A stretch of DNA of 39,821 nucleotides from IMG/VR virus record IMGVR_UViG_3300045988_150944. The stretch is one strand, 5' to 3'. Numbering within the stretch: position 1 is the first letter of the stretch; every line of letters begins with the position of its first letter. This document shows positions 18,817-27,746 of this stretch, piece by piece. A program made the translations under genes and the position numbers. The notes under the pieces are model-generated. The model was given only the letters and a program-made list of their open reading frames with translations, did not search any database and had not been told where the DNA came from. This DNA is from a virus.

Positions 18817-19150
18817 CGGTGCATCCGGAATCGAACCGGAACCCAGGGCGCGACCCTGTCCACCTACCGTTGGTGGGATGCTCCACACATTACCGGGTCG
18901 TCCCCGGTATGCACCAGCTCACTTCGCGGCTGGATAAGCGGATATCTTTCGGGCCGCACAGCAGCCAACTGGTATGATATCGACCAAGGGACCTTTCGTG
19001 TCACCTAACCGCCGTTTTCTATCCGATTTGTGAAGCCGTGAAGAAAGCGGTAAGAACGTCGGCTTCTAATCGGCCACCAGGCTGTTACACACTGGTAGCC
19101 GTTATCCGATGGAGGAGAGCCGCTGGCTTTAAGGCCTTTGGCTTCATAGT
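18817..19150 (-). ncRNA. candidate structured ncRNA with a tRNA-like 3' module (class unknown)
   Basis: GC-rich block of about 330 nt with stops in all frames. It has a T-arm TCCGG-TTCGATT-CCGGA, acceptor-like pairing TGGTGCA/TGCACCG, a D-arm CCGG-GGACGAC-CCGG, a 9-bp hairpin GGCTACCAG/CTGGTGGCC and a 7-bp GAAGCCG/CGGCTTC. A weak hairpin plus T-run lies at about 18729-18761. Confidence 0.45.
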
Positions 19151-19198
19151 ACACTATAACAGTCGTAGAACGAAATTTGTGAAATAAACGAAATAACT

Positions 19199-19633
19199 TT
19201 AAGGTGTTTTCATAAAATTTGTAAATTCCATTCTTACACTATCCGACGTCGCCTTGCGCCCCATCCTTACAGCTACCTCTCCCCACGTCAATTCTTCGAA
19301 GAACTTCATCCGAATAATTCTCTGCAACCGCTGCGGAACCGTATTCAACCACGCCTCGACCTGTACCTTAATCTCCGCTGCAGCTGCCCTTCGTTCCTCC
19401 AATAGCTCTTCTTCGTCATCCAGCAGGCTCGGTGTTCTCACCGTTGCATATGCCAGCCCCTCTATGTGGTAACTCTGAGCCGCATACGGGAACTCATGCA
19501 TGGAGCCTTTGACGGAATCCTGAAGAATTACCTTGCGCCGTTGCCTCAACTTTTGAATCTCTCGCTCTGTCTCCTTGATTAACTCACAGGCGTCTATATA
19601 CTGGGTCAGAATCTCCTTGTCCACTGGCATCAC
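19199..19633 (-). CDS. sigma-70 region-4-like late transcription activator (RinA/ArpU/DUF1492-like)
   Basis: C-terminal LNTVPQRLQRIIRMKFFEELTWGEVAVRMGRKATS (HTH). It is the last early gene before the packaging module. The start may be the GTG at 19627. Confidence 0.7.
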   Translation of the reverse strand: MMPVDKEILTQYIDACELIKETEREIQKLRQRRKVILQDSVKGSMHEFPYAAQSYHIEGLAYATVRTPSLLDDEEELLEERRAAAAEIKVQVEAWLNTVPQRLQRIIRMKFFEELTWGEVAVRMGRKATSDSVRMEFTNFMKTP

Positions 19634-19850
19634 CTCCTCTTGATTTATCCTCTGGCTTGTCCCGCAATTCCATCACCGGACATAACTCCGTGTAACAATA
19701 CGCCGGCATCACCGCCGACCAGGTCGCCGGCCGAGGTCCCTTCAGGATGTAGTCCTGGGCGGATGCCCGCCGGCGCCGCTGCTCTGCCACTTTTATGTAA
19801 TCTGATTTACTCGTTGCAATCCCTCCCTCTTTGCTCTGCTAAATGTCAAT

Positions 19851-20307
19851 TTAACGTACTAATAACTGGCAAGCTATCGTACAGTCATCCATAACTTCCA
19901 TGTCCATTCGCCCACGCCCAGGTTCTAACTCATCCAGAAATACTCCCTTGATACAACTATGACCTATCTCTCTTTCCTGCTTGGCTCTGCGCTCAAACAT
20001 ATGTATGATGATCTGGATTCTTCGCCTCCCAGTCCTTGCGTACCTGCTTTTTTAACCACCTGGTACACGGGGCACCATATGCCGTATTGATACACCTAGT
20101 TTTTTCAATTACATCATCCACACCTTTGTATTTATCGGATTGTATAGGCTCAATTTTTCTTCCCAAAAGCACCTCACAATCATGCAAAAATCGTAGACTA
20201 TCTGGGTGCTGATCCTCAACGTGGGTATAGATAATCTTATCAATATCTTTCGCCAGGTAGCACGCCACAAAAGACGATACTCCTGTGCTAAACCAACATA
20301 CTTTCAT
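19851..20307 (-). pseudogene. fragmented PP-loop ATPase / PAPS-reductase-like gene
   Basis: The 104-aa ORF (WFSTGVSS PP-loop-like, APCTRWLKK) stops at 19993. A shifted frame continues with ERRAKQEREIGHSCIKGVFLDEL... to 19851. Confidence 0.4.
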
Positions 20308-20349
20308 CGTCGTTCTCCGCCTACGAACCCGGTTTCACCGGGGTAGGTA

Positions 20350-21003
20350 TTACTCCTTTCTTCTCTCTTTCATTTTTCCGGCCCACTGCTCTGCCATAGC
20401 CCGGGCGATTCCCGGAAAAGTCTTAGACCTAATTTTTGCAGTTATAGGATTATTCCAGGCAAGGATTTTTCCGTTTTCATCTCGATTTACAAATCCACCA
20501 TACTTTCCATCTTTTGTAAAGCTTTGATTTTCCCATCCCCCCATTGGTTTTTGTAAAATATCTGTTGGTCGCAAACACGGCAATCCTTTTAACCATAAAC
20601 AGGTTGATTTAGAATGCGGGTGTCCAAATTGCCAAGGCTGGATAATCTGATTTGGTTTTCTGTATCTTGTAGACATAATTCCAATGGGATTTTCTATTGC
20701 AATCCTATCACACGAAGCGTTTACAAAACTCATAAAAAAGTCTATGGCCTCATCACGTAATTTTATATCTTTTAATCCTCTGGTGAACCAATGTTGTCCT
20801 GCACTACACAGATGTGTGCATGGTGGAAAAGCAATTATCATATCCCATCTCATTTTTAACAGCTCCAATGCATCCACCTGCAAATGCCACTCAAAATGAC
20901 CTCCACTACACGGTTCTATATCACAGCTATACGCTTCGTGACCCAGCTTTCTCAGTTCCATGGTTACGGCCTGGCTTTCCTCGCAGGCTACTAAAATTCT
21001 CAT
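20350..21003 (-). CDS. putative DNA methyltransferase (C5-MTase-like PPC and ENP motifs)
   Basis: MRILVACEESQAV...IIAFPPCTHLCSAG...IAIENPIG...TCLWLKGLP. It resembles a phage family usually annotated as DNA cytosine methyltransferase. This assignment is from memory. Confidence 0.5.
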   Translation of the reverse strand: MRILVACEESQAVTMELRKLGHEAYSCDIEPCSGGHFEWHLQVDALELLKMRWDMIIAFPPCTHLCSAGQHWFTRGLKDIKLRDEAIDFFMSFVNASCDRIAIENPIGIMSTRYRKPNQIIQPWQFGHPHSKSTCLWLKGLPCLRPTDILQKPMGGWENQSFTKDGKYGGFVNRDENGKILAWNNPITAKIRSKTFPGIARAMAEQWAGKMKERRKE

Positions 21004-21065
21004 GGTATGCACTCGGAGCAAAGACGTCTTTTACGCAGGCCTGCAAACCTCCTACTCCTTTCCTG

Positions 21066-21422
21066 TTATTCTGTTAAATCCTCAATTAACCTCTTTGCAA
21101 ACTCTACTGCATCCACATGTCGCTCATCACACATCGGCCGCCCATGCTCGAAGGGCCCTTCGCAGTCCTCTTTATACCGGCACCCGTAGCAGGCCAGCAA
21201 CTCAAGGAGGTGTTTTGCTTCTTCTGCATCTTCTCGCAGCCATGTTATAATACACTTTCTCAAGTTTTCATCTGTGCAAACTGCCTCTTCATCCTCTCCG
21301 CTGCAACCGCCCCGGCAAAATTGTCTTGTCAGTTCCTCTCCAACACCACTCTCACAGCCCATCTGGATAATAAGCTCCGCGAACCGTTCCGGCGTGCCGG
21401 CGTATTTCTCATAATTTGTCAT
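21066..21422 (-). CDS. hypothetical Cys-rich protein
   Basis: AGGAAGAGG RBS upstream of the ATG at 21422 (MTNYEKYAGTPERF...). The longer ORF-track start overlaps the upstream ORF. Confidence 0.6.
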   Translation of the reverse strand: MTNYEKYAGTPERFAELIIQMGCESGVGEELTRQFCRGGCSGEDEEAVCTDENLRKCIITWLREDAEEAKHLLELLACYGCRYKEDCEGPFEHGRPMCDERHVDAVEFAKRLIEDLTE

Positions 21423-21552
21423 TGTCCTCTTCCTGCCTTTGTTTTGCTTTATTCTCGTACCACTGTCTTGCATAAACGCAAGGTGCATAGCACTTATAAA
21501 AACCTTCAAGCTTTTTGTTTTTAGCTGGACAATCCTCACATGGATTACTCAC
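21409..21552 (-). CDS. possible small CxxC protein (VSNPCEDCPAKNKKLEGFYKCYAPC...)
   Basis: GTG start with AGAGGAA 6 nt upstream, abutting the stop of the preceding ORF. The longer 77-aa version overlaps that ORF. Confidence 0.35.
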   Translation of the reverse strand: MSNPCEDCPAKNKKLEGFYKCYAPCVYARQWYENKAKQRQEEDNDKL

Positions 21553-21554
21553 AT

Positions 21555-21851
21555 TTAATTCCTCTTGCCAGTTGAATGCAACCCGCTTTCTAACTCCAAC
21601 TGCTCCAACGCTGCCATATACAACTGGCAGACCATCCGGCAACCCTCATATTTTTTCATGGCCGCCGAAAAGTCTGTCACCACCCGATCCCATAATCCTG
21701 GTTCCGAAGGCTGTCCGGTATATTTCAGGTAAAACAAGTAACTTTCGCACCAAATATTCTTTACTCCCTGTTTATCCAGCAAATTCACACCCTGCCTTTC
21801 TGTAATGTGCTCGGCGCCGCTTCCATTGATTTTCACAAAATTGGATAGCAT
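21555..21851 (-). CDS. hypothetical protein
   Basis: Protein-like sequence (IWCESYLFYLKYTGQPSEPGLWDRVVTDFSAAMKKYEG). The start is uncertain and may be an internal GTG near the helicase stop. Confidence 0.45.
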   Translation of the reverse strand: MLSNFVKINGSGAEHITERQGVNLLDKQGVKNIWCESYLFYLKYTGQPSEPGLWDRVVTDFSAAMKKYEGCRMVCQLYMAALEQLELESGLHSTGKRN

Positions 21852-23166
21852 CTACATAGTCATAACAGACTGCATCCTCTTTTCCCGGAGATACCCGGGC
21901 GATGCGGCCAATAGACTGCGTCACCACTGCATAGTCCTTCTGAGGCGCCACCAGATAAAGCCGATCCAGTCGGGGGATGTCTAACCCTTCCTTCGCCAGC
22001 CCGAAGCTGGCAAATAAAATATCCTTTCGGCCGGCTCTCATATCCTCTATGGCCTGCTCCCGCTGCTGCTTCCCCCGCTTGCTGGTCATCTGTCCATCAA
22101 TCCTGACGGACCGTTCCCGGAGCTCTGCCGGAAGCATCTCCATAATCGTTTTTAAATGCGCCAAACGGCTGGACAACACCAGTCCGGCATGTCCCGCCTG
22201 AGAGACCAGGTCTTTTACTATTACCTGATTTCTCTCCCGGCTCCCGGACAGATACTCCAACAGGCTGTTATACTTTAATGTCCCGTCCGTATCCAGACAG
22301 CATCGGTCTGTTTTAATATCGGTATCCCGTCTGACAATTCGGACCCGCATCGTCTTTTCTGCCACTGCCGCATCCGGTACCTGGTAAACCACCGGCCCCA
22401 GCACCGCAAAGGTGCTTTTTATCATGCCATCAGACCTGTGTACCGTGGCACTCAATCCGTACTTATAGCGTGCTGCCAGACTGTTCATAACCTTGTAAAA
22501 CATCGTCACTTGCGTTGGTGTGCCAGCCAGCCGATGACACTCATCTACGATGATAACATCCCAGGAATCCCGGTACCGGTCCAAATCCAGCTTACACAGC
22601 GTCTGCACCGTGGCAAATGTCATGTGGCTACCAATATGCACCTTTCCGGCTGTGATGGTTCCCAGAACTTCCCGGGGAAAATACTGCGCCGCCCGGTCAA
22701 GGGACTGAGTGAGTAAATCTTGGGTATGGGTAATCCACAAGGTTTTTCGGCTCAGCTTGGCTGCCAGGGCAATCCCCATCTGTGTTTTCCCGGAACCGCA
22801 GGGGCTCTGGAGGATACCACAGCTGACAGCCATCATCGCCTCCACCGCCGGTTGCTGATAATCATAGAGCGGAACGCTGCCAGCATATAAAAGGAGCCCG
22901 TTGTCAGCCAGATGAATTTCTACAGAATCACTGGCCGTCATGAATTGCCGAAGCTGTTTTCCGACTCCGACCGGAAGAACCAGGTCGCTGCCGTCCACGC
23001 GGTAGAGCCAAAGATACTGCGGCGTGTTTCCCAGCCATAGGCCCCGGCGAGCCCGGTTTGCATATTCCGGATTGGGGAGAACCAGATTTACGCTGCACCA
23101 GTCATATAGGGCCTTTGTGGCATCCTTTATCCGGATTTCACTCCCAATCTGTATCTTCATCCGCAT
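21772..23166 (-). CDS. SF2 DEAD/DEAH-box (ResIII-type) helicase
   Basis: Motif I SPCGSGKT, motif II VDECH, and a helicase C domain. Confidence 0.85.
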   Translation of the reverse strand: MRMKIQIGSEIRIKDATKALYDWCSVNLVLPNPEYANRARRGLWLGNTPQYLWLYRVDGSDLVLPVGVGKQLRQFMTASDSVEIHLADNGLLLYAGSVPLYDYQQPAVEAMMAVSCGILQSPCGSGKTQMGIALAAKLSRKTLWITHTQDLLTQSLDRAAQYFPREVLGTITAGKVHIGSHMTFATVQTLCKLDLDRYRDSWDVIIVDECHRLAGTPTQVTMFYKVMNSLAARYKYGLSATVHRSDGMIKSTFAVLGPVVYQVPDAAVAEKTMRVRIVRRDTDIKTDRCCLDTDGTLKYNSLLEYLSGSRERNQVIVKDLVSQAGHAGLVLSSRLAHLKTIMEMLPAELRERSVRIDGQMTSKRGKQQREQAIEDMRAGRKDILFASFGLAKEGLDIPRLDRLYLVAPQKDYAVVTQSIGRIARVSPGKEDAVCYDYVDAIQFCENQWKRRRAHYRKAGCEFAG

Positions 23167-23596
23167 ACTCCACTTTTGCTATTTCACGGAAAACATCCAA
23201 ATCATCCAGCCAGCTCTGAAGACTTCGGCCATATTTATGGATGCTGACCGGGTCAATCTGTGCCACTCTGTCATCCTTAAGCTTCTTCAATACACCAAAA
23301 TCCACCAGATATATCCCCGTCTCCGGAAACCGTATTGCAAACATCCCACGCATGTTCCCGGTCAACTGGAACAGCCTCATGGCATTGTACTGGTTCTCCT
23401 CTACCCTGCTCAGCGAAAATTTGTCTCCCTGGCAGTCTTTGCAGTCAAAGAGGTAGGTGCTTCCATCCCTTGCCGCAATCACATCACAAGGCTGGCCATT
23501 TTTATTATCCTGGAATAGATGCACCCAGAACCAGTTTTTGGCCAAGACGCCGGCGAATTCTCTCTCGAATTTTGTTCCCGCTGCTTTGTTACTCAT
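23138..23596 (-). CDS. Holliday junction resolvase (RecU/Hjc-like PD-(D/E)xK nuclease)
   Basis: GTKFEREFAGVL...QPCDVIAARDGSTYLFDCKDC matches the catalytic pattern. Confidence 0.7.
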   Translation of the reverse strand: MSNKAAGTKFEREFAGVLAKNWFWVHLFQDNKNGQPCDVIAARDGSTYLFDCKDCQGDKFSLSRVEENQYNAMRLFQLTGNMRGMFAIRFPETGIYLVDFGVLKKLKDDRVAQIDPVSIHKYGRSLQSWLDDLDVFREIAKVEYADEDTDWE

Positions 23597-23748
23597 TTTG
23601 TTCCCTTTCCCCTTTCCCCTTTTTGCATTATTTTCTTTACTTCTTCTAAGGCAGCAATATCATCAGTTGTTAATCGCTTGCTGGCTGCTATCACTAATTT
23701 TAGTGCATATAAAAATTCCATAATCCTTATGGCGCCGTCGTAATTCAT
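23593..23748 (-). CDS. small hypothetical protein (51 aa, MNYDGAIRIMEFLYALKL...)
   Basis: Hand-translated. It has an AAGAGG RBS and an ATGA stop/start overlap with the resolvase gene. Confidence 0.45.
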   Translation of the reverse strand: MNYDGAIRIMEFLYALKLVIAASKRLTTDDIAALEEVKKIMQKGERGKGTK

Positions 23749-23752
23749 GCTT

Positions 23753-24050
23753 GTCTTACCTCTTTTCCAGTTTGTCTTACGTGAATCTTACCTGAGAAAC
23801 CTCTAAATTCCTTTATTTATCAAGGGGTCTTACTGTCTTACCTAAAAACCTGTTGTATATACCAACATTTTTAGAGCAAAATACATGTGTTAAATTTTAT
23901 ACAAAGTTTTTTCTCTCGCGTTACGAGATATATAAACAGGTAAGACTGGTAAGACAGGTAAGACCTTATATTAAAAAGCCTTATTTTATGCGGGCTAGAG
24001 GGGTCTTACCTTTTTTCCAAAATGTCTTACCTTTTCAAATCTGGTAAGAC
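23753..24050. repeat. replication origin: at least 11 iterons GTCTTACC/GGTAAGAC flanking an AT-rich spacer
   Basis: Forward copies start at 23753, 23774 (7/8), 23785 (7/8), 23827 (7/8), 23835, 24003 and 24024. Reverse copies start at 23939, 23948, 23957 (9-nt phasing) and 24043. An AT-rich stretch spans 23843-23935. Confidence 0.75.
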
Positions 24051-24053
24051 ATT

Positions 24054-25946
24054 TCAGTCAAACGGCAGGGTTATCTGTTCCGCCTCTATGGCCATAAAGC
24101 CATCTGAATCCGTATCATCGTCATCCTGCGGCAGCCTGAATTTTATATAGCTGGACTTGATGCCATACACCTTTGTCTGATGTACGTTTTTTCCTTGGGA
24201 ATTTCGAACCAGATACCCTTTATCCGACCACTTTCTGCTCACCGCGGTATAATCAAATCCGTTCTGATCCAGAAATCCCAGAAGGACATCCCGGTTCAAA
24301 ATCAAAACTTCTCCATCGATTTTCCCCCAGACCTCCCCTTTATTGGGGGAATTATCCACCTTTGGATCCTCAAACCGCACCGGATTCTTTGCAGCCCAGT
24401 TTAGGACCTGCTGGTAAGCACGCTCTGCCACGTCAACTTCACGAGCGTTCTGCAGGTACTTCTTCACGGTCTTTATGGTCAGCGGCTCTCCATCAAAAAA
24501 TAACTCTGTGGAAATTTCATCCGCCAAAAGGATGCAGGCCATCGCCATCGCCTGCTTGTCCGTCGTATCCAGACGGCAAAGTTCTTCGAACAGTTCCCGG
24601 TACCTAGCCGTCAGCTGCCCTGTCTCCATTTCCTGTAAATGCTCCACAAATCTCCTTCCCGCAAACCCATAATTTTCCTGTACCACGCTGCTGACATAGT
24701 GCCCATCAGCCACCAAAGGCCCGTCAATCGCAATCTCAATAACGCGGTTCTTGCTACCTCCACCGGAGTTGGCTTTCGTGACCGGCTCCTCCCCTGTAAA
24801 CAGGAAGCTGTTTTTCCATGTCCTGGTCTCCTCCACGCCGCCATAGGCCCGGGCCCGGCCACGGTCTACACCTTCTGTAATCTGGTATATCAACTGGTCA
24901 AAGTTCCCCTGCCACTTATCCTTAATTGTCTGTAGCTCGTCGCCGGCAAAAGGGATACTGCATAAAAATGCAGCATTACGCATAATAGCGTTTTTGGTCA
25001 TGTTCATCGTTTTGACCAATCCACCCATTTTTGGGTTTCCCCAGATACTCATGGCCACCATCAGTGCCACCGTCTTGCACGTCCCGGTCGTTCCCCAAAC
25101 ATGCAGTACAAAGGGAAGTACCTTTAGCGGCTCCAGAAGTACCGACGCGAAGCTGGCCGCCATCATCATCCGTAGCGGAATATTTTCCCGCAGGCCGGCG
25201 CACAGGCTTCTCCATGCATCATAACTTCCCGCCTCTTTTACATTCCGGAAAATCACCTCATAATCCATATCCCCCTCATACCGGATGTCTTCTGCATAAG
25301 GCGTAAAGGAATTGCCTACCCATCCCAGGCGGTTGATGGACTTCTTTGGGTTCAATATCGCAGGATTAAGGCCTACACAGTCCGAGATATACCGCACCAT
25401 GTTTTTGGCGTTGTCCGACGTCACCTCAATTCCGTACTGGCTCAGGGCATCCACAATCTTGTTGGTATTGGCGCAGACACTCCGGTCTACTGTGATATGC
25501 TGCCAGGCCCCGGACTTAAAATAGGCCAGCGTGATCCGTTCCTCGGCCGTGTCCACGTTTTTCAGAATCTCTATCGGAAGAAGGGGGTGGCTGCAGGCCT
25601 GGAAGGGAGCGGGAACCGCATTCTTGTCATAACGGATGGCTCTGACGCCCATGTCATTGGCCGTCCATTCTCCGCAAACCAGTTCCAGCGGCTGATCTGT
25701 AAACTTCGTTTTATTCCCGGTCTGTTTCTGACGCTGGGCGTAATCAAGCATGAAGGACTTAAACACGTTATTAAATTCCGTGGCACGTTTTATCCGCCTG
25801 GCCTCGTTTCGCAATGCCTCTATGTACTGTGTCCGTTCCACGTTATCTTCTATCTCAAAAATCTGATAGAAAATTTCATCCGGGAATGGCTCCGTCGGCT
25901 GCAGGGCTGAAATACCACTCAGCAATTCGTCCTTCGATTTCTCCAA
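24054..25946 (-). CDS. replicative P-loop NTPase (primase-associated SF3/VirE/DUF927-type helicase)
   Basis: 630 aa with Walker A HVWGTTGTCKT. It sits next to the iteron origin and the CHC2 zinc-finger gene. Confidence 0.7.
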   Translation of the reverse strand: MEKSKDELLSGISALQPTEPFPDEIFYQIFEIEDNVERTQYIEALRNEARRIKRATEFNNVFKSFMLDYAQRQKQTGNKTKFTDQPLELVCGEWTANDMGVRAIRYDKNAVPAPFQACSHPLLPIEILKNVDTAEERITLAYFKSGAWQHITVDRSVCANTNKIVDALSQYGIEVTSDNAKNMVRYISDCVGLNPAILNPKKSINRLGWVGNSFTPYAEDIRYEGDMDYEVIFRNVKEAGSYDAWRSLCAGLRENIPLRMMMAASFASVLLEPLKVLPFVLHVWGTTGTCKTVALMVAMSIWGNPKMGGLVKTMNMTKNAIMRNAAFLCSIPFAGDELQTIKDKWQGNFDQLIYQITEGVDRGRARAYGGVEETRTWKNSFLFTGEEPVTKANSGGGSKNRVIEIAIDGPLVADGHYVSSVVQENYGFAGRRFVEHLQEMETGQLTARYRELFEELCRLDTTDKQAMAMACILLADEISTELFFDGEPLTIKTVKKYLQNAREVDVAERAYQQVLNWAAKNPVRFEDPKVDNSPNKGEVWGKIDGEVLILNRDVLLGFLDQNGFDYTAVSRKWSDKGYLVRNSQGKNVHQTKVYGIKSSYIKFRLPQDDDDTDSDGFMAIEAEQITLPFD

Positions 25947-26499
25947 TTCTTCTCACCGCCCTTTCATCCTGGTATACCGCTTCCGGGCACTCTTTCAGGC
26001 ATTCGATTAAATAGTCTATATACTCAAGTCCATGAACCGCTTCCAGAAAATGGGGGGTATCCGGCTGCCTTCTGGCTTCACAGAGAAGGATACGGTACAT
26101 TTGCAGGTACATCTCTGCCCGCTTCCGGAAGTCTGCCAGCTTCCTGCGCTTCTTCATTTTCAATTCGAACTCCCGCTTCTCCCGGTATGTGGTCGGAACC
26201 GATACAGGTATTTGAAAGGCAACGGCCAATTCTTCCGCTGCCTCTGTATTGGAAACTCCCATATAGAGCGCCGCCAGCTTAATCTGATCCCCTCCGGTAC
26301 CGCAGGAAAAACAGTAAAACCCTTTTCCATTCGGATATAGTTTCATACTGGGCTTTTTATCCTGATGAAAGGGGCAGAGGGACAGCCCTTTTGCATTCGG
26401 CGGAAAGCCAAAATATTCCGCTACCTGGCTGATATCTACCCCCTCTTTGACTTTCCGATAGAGGTCTGGATCTTTACATGAATGGGATTCCCTCATCAT
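25876..26499 (-). CDS. CHC2 zinc-finger (DnaG-type primase zinc finger) protein
   Basis: CPFHQDKKPSMKLYPNGKGFYCFSCGTGGDQIKLAA. No TOPRIM-sized region follows. It overlaps the next gene by 71 nt. Confidence 0.75.
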   Translation of the reverse strand: MMRESHSCKDPDLYRKVKEGVDISQVAEYFGFPPNAKGLSLCPFHQDKKPSMKLYPNGKGFYCFSCGTGGDQIKLAALYMGVSNTEAAEELAVAFQIPVSVPTTYREKREFELKMKKRRKLADFRKRAEMYLQMYRILLCEARRQPDTPHFLEAVHGLEYIDYLIECLKECPEAVYQDERAVRRIGEIEGRIAEWYFSPAADGAIPG

Positions 26500-27082
26500 C
26501 TGCCCCCTCTGGGATGTTCATGAATCCGTCGCTGTCCATCTGGCCTGCTGCCGGATGGGTGGATGGGTTGCCTCCGGTGTCCGGCAAAAGGTCGTCCTCC
26601 GGGACTTCCGCCTCATCCAGGCCTGCCAGGCTGCGAATCCGAAACAGCTCCGTCACAATCGGCCGGTTCCCGTTGTCTGCCTCGTACTGCCGGCGCCGGA
26701 AAATTCCGCCAAACTTCTTCCCGGCCAGGGTCTTCTCATTTCCTTCCTTGTCCCAGGGGAAGGTAAAAGCGTTGGAGCGTTCGATGCTAGTAATGATGCC
26801 CTTCAGCCAGGACGTGCCTTTCCCATCCATGTTCTGCTTAAACACGCCGCGCCACTTCGCCCCTGATGGGTTCTGCGCTTTATCTGCATCAAACAATTTT
26901 TGAAAAAAGTCTTTATGCTCTCCTTCCGCGATGTCATATAAAATAACAAGCTGCCGGTTTCTATTGGTGGATTCCTTTTCGGCCACCTGCTTAATCACGC
27001 AGACATACTTTCCTTTTGGCAACTGTTGTGATTCTCCGGTAAAGGCCGTCGCCTCGTCATATCCCTGTGGTTTTTTTATCAT
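26474..27082 (-). CDS. DUF669-type single-stranded DNA-binding protein
   Basis: Acidic SSB-like tail ...GADDEGIPFM. It lies downstream of the Sak4-like ATPase, which is the usual pairing. Confidence 0.65.
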   Translation of the reverse strand: MIKKPQGYDEATAFTGESQQLPKGKYVCVIKQVAEKESTNRNRQLVILYDIAEGEHKDFFQKLFDADKAQNPSGAKWRGVFKQNMDGKGTSWLKGIITSIERSNAFTFPWDKEGNEKTLAGKKFGGIFRRRQYEADNGNRPIVTELFRIRSLAGLDEAEVPEDDLLPDTGGNPSTHPAAGQMDSDGFMNIPEGADDEGIPFM

Positions 27083-27083
27083 C

Positions 27084-27734
27084 CTATTTTCCCTCCTCTA
27101 AATTCTTTGTATTCTGAATCCCATAATACTCCCGGATGGTGTTGTCCACCAGGAACAGGTCATTGTCAATTTCCAGCTGGTCAAACATTCCCATCGGAGA
27201 TTTGCTGACTGCTCCGTTGGCCGATTGGGTTATAAACCGATGTTTATCACCGTCCAGAACACAGCGCAACACAATTGTAAACATCCCTTCGACACAGACC
27301 TTTTCGTCCAACAGTCGTCCTATCGTTTTCGGCTTCACGTCCCCGCTGTCGTCCTTATCTTCATGCATCATGAAATAGATGATTACGTCCTCCGGAAGTC
27401 CAACTACAAACTGAATCAGGTTCCAAAACCGGTCTCCCAGATCATTGTACAGGGAGAATACCCCATTCCCCTTGCCGGCGTTGCTGTGTCCGCGCATAAA
27501 CTGATTGGTAATCAGGTATCCTGCATCGTCAATCACAATTGATTTTTGCTTGCATCCCTTCAGGGCATTCATAATCTTTGCATAGTCGTCCGTCTGAACA
27601 GCGGGTATCTTCCCCTTAAACGGCAGCGGCTTTTTAAGCACATTGATTAGTGCAAAGTCTTTCCCTACGCAGTTACGCATGCTGGCGCTTTTCCCGGCGC
27701 CGCTCCGGCCAATAATTAATACAGGTGTCGCCAT
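27084..27734 (-). CDS. Sak4-like RecA-fold ATPase (recombination protein)
   Basis: Walker A GRSGAGKS and Walker B IVIDDAG. 216 aa. Confidence 0.7.
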   Translation of the reverse strand: MATPVLIIGRSGAGKSASMRNCVGKDFALINVLKKPLPFKGKIPAVQTDDYAKIMNALKGCKQKSIVIDDAGYLITNQFMRGHSNAGKGNGVFSLYNDLGDRFWNLIQFVVGLPEDVIIYFMMHEDKDDSGDVKPKTIGRLLDEKVCVEGMFTIVLRCVLDGDKHRFITQSANGAVSKSPMGMFDQLEIDNDLFLVDNTIREYYGIQNTKNLEEGK

Positions 27735-27746
27735 CGCTTTTCCTCC

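Noticed and set aside
18817-18916. Calling this a bona fide tRNA or tmRNA gene
   Set aside because: The T-arm and acceptor are good. However, there is a 14-nt insert between the D and anticodon arms, A instead of U at position 33, a U-G first pair and no CCA. No tmRNA-like 5' GGGG acceptor or tag ORF ending in ..LAA was found.
19584-19790. 68-aa Arg-rich - strand ORF overlapping the sigma-like gene start
   Set aside because: It has a GTG start without an RBS and a 50-nt overlap with a well-supported gene. It is more likely the third frame of the decayed PP-loop gene region or non-coding.
23853-24047. 64-aa + strand ORF
   Set aside because: It lies entirely within the iteron/AT-rich origin. 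It has no RBS and a low-complexity, AT-driven composition.
23753-24050. GTCTTACC repeats as a CRISPR array
   Set aside because: The repeats are only 8 nt, occur in both orientations, are irregularly spaced and have no cas genes. The pattern fits origin iterons.
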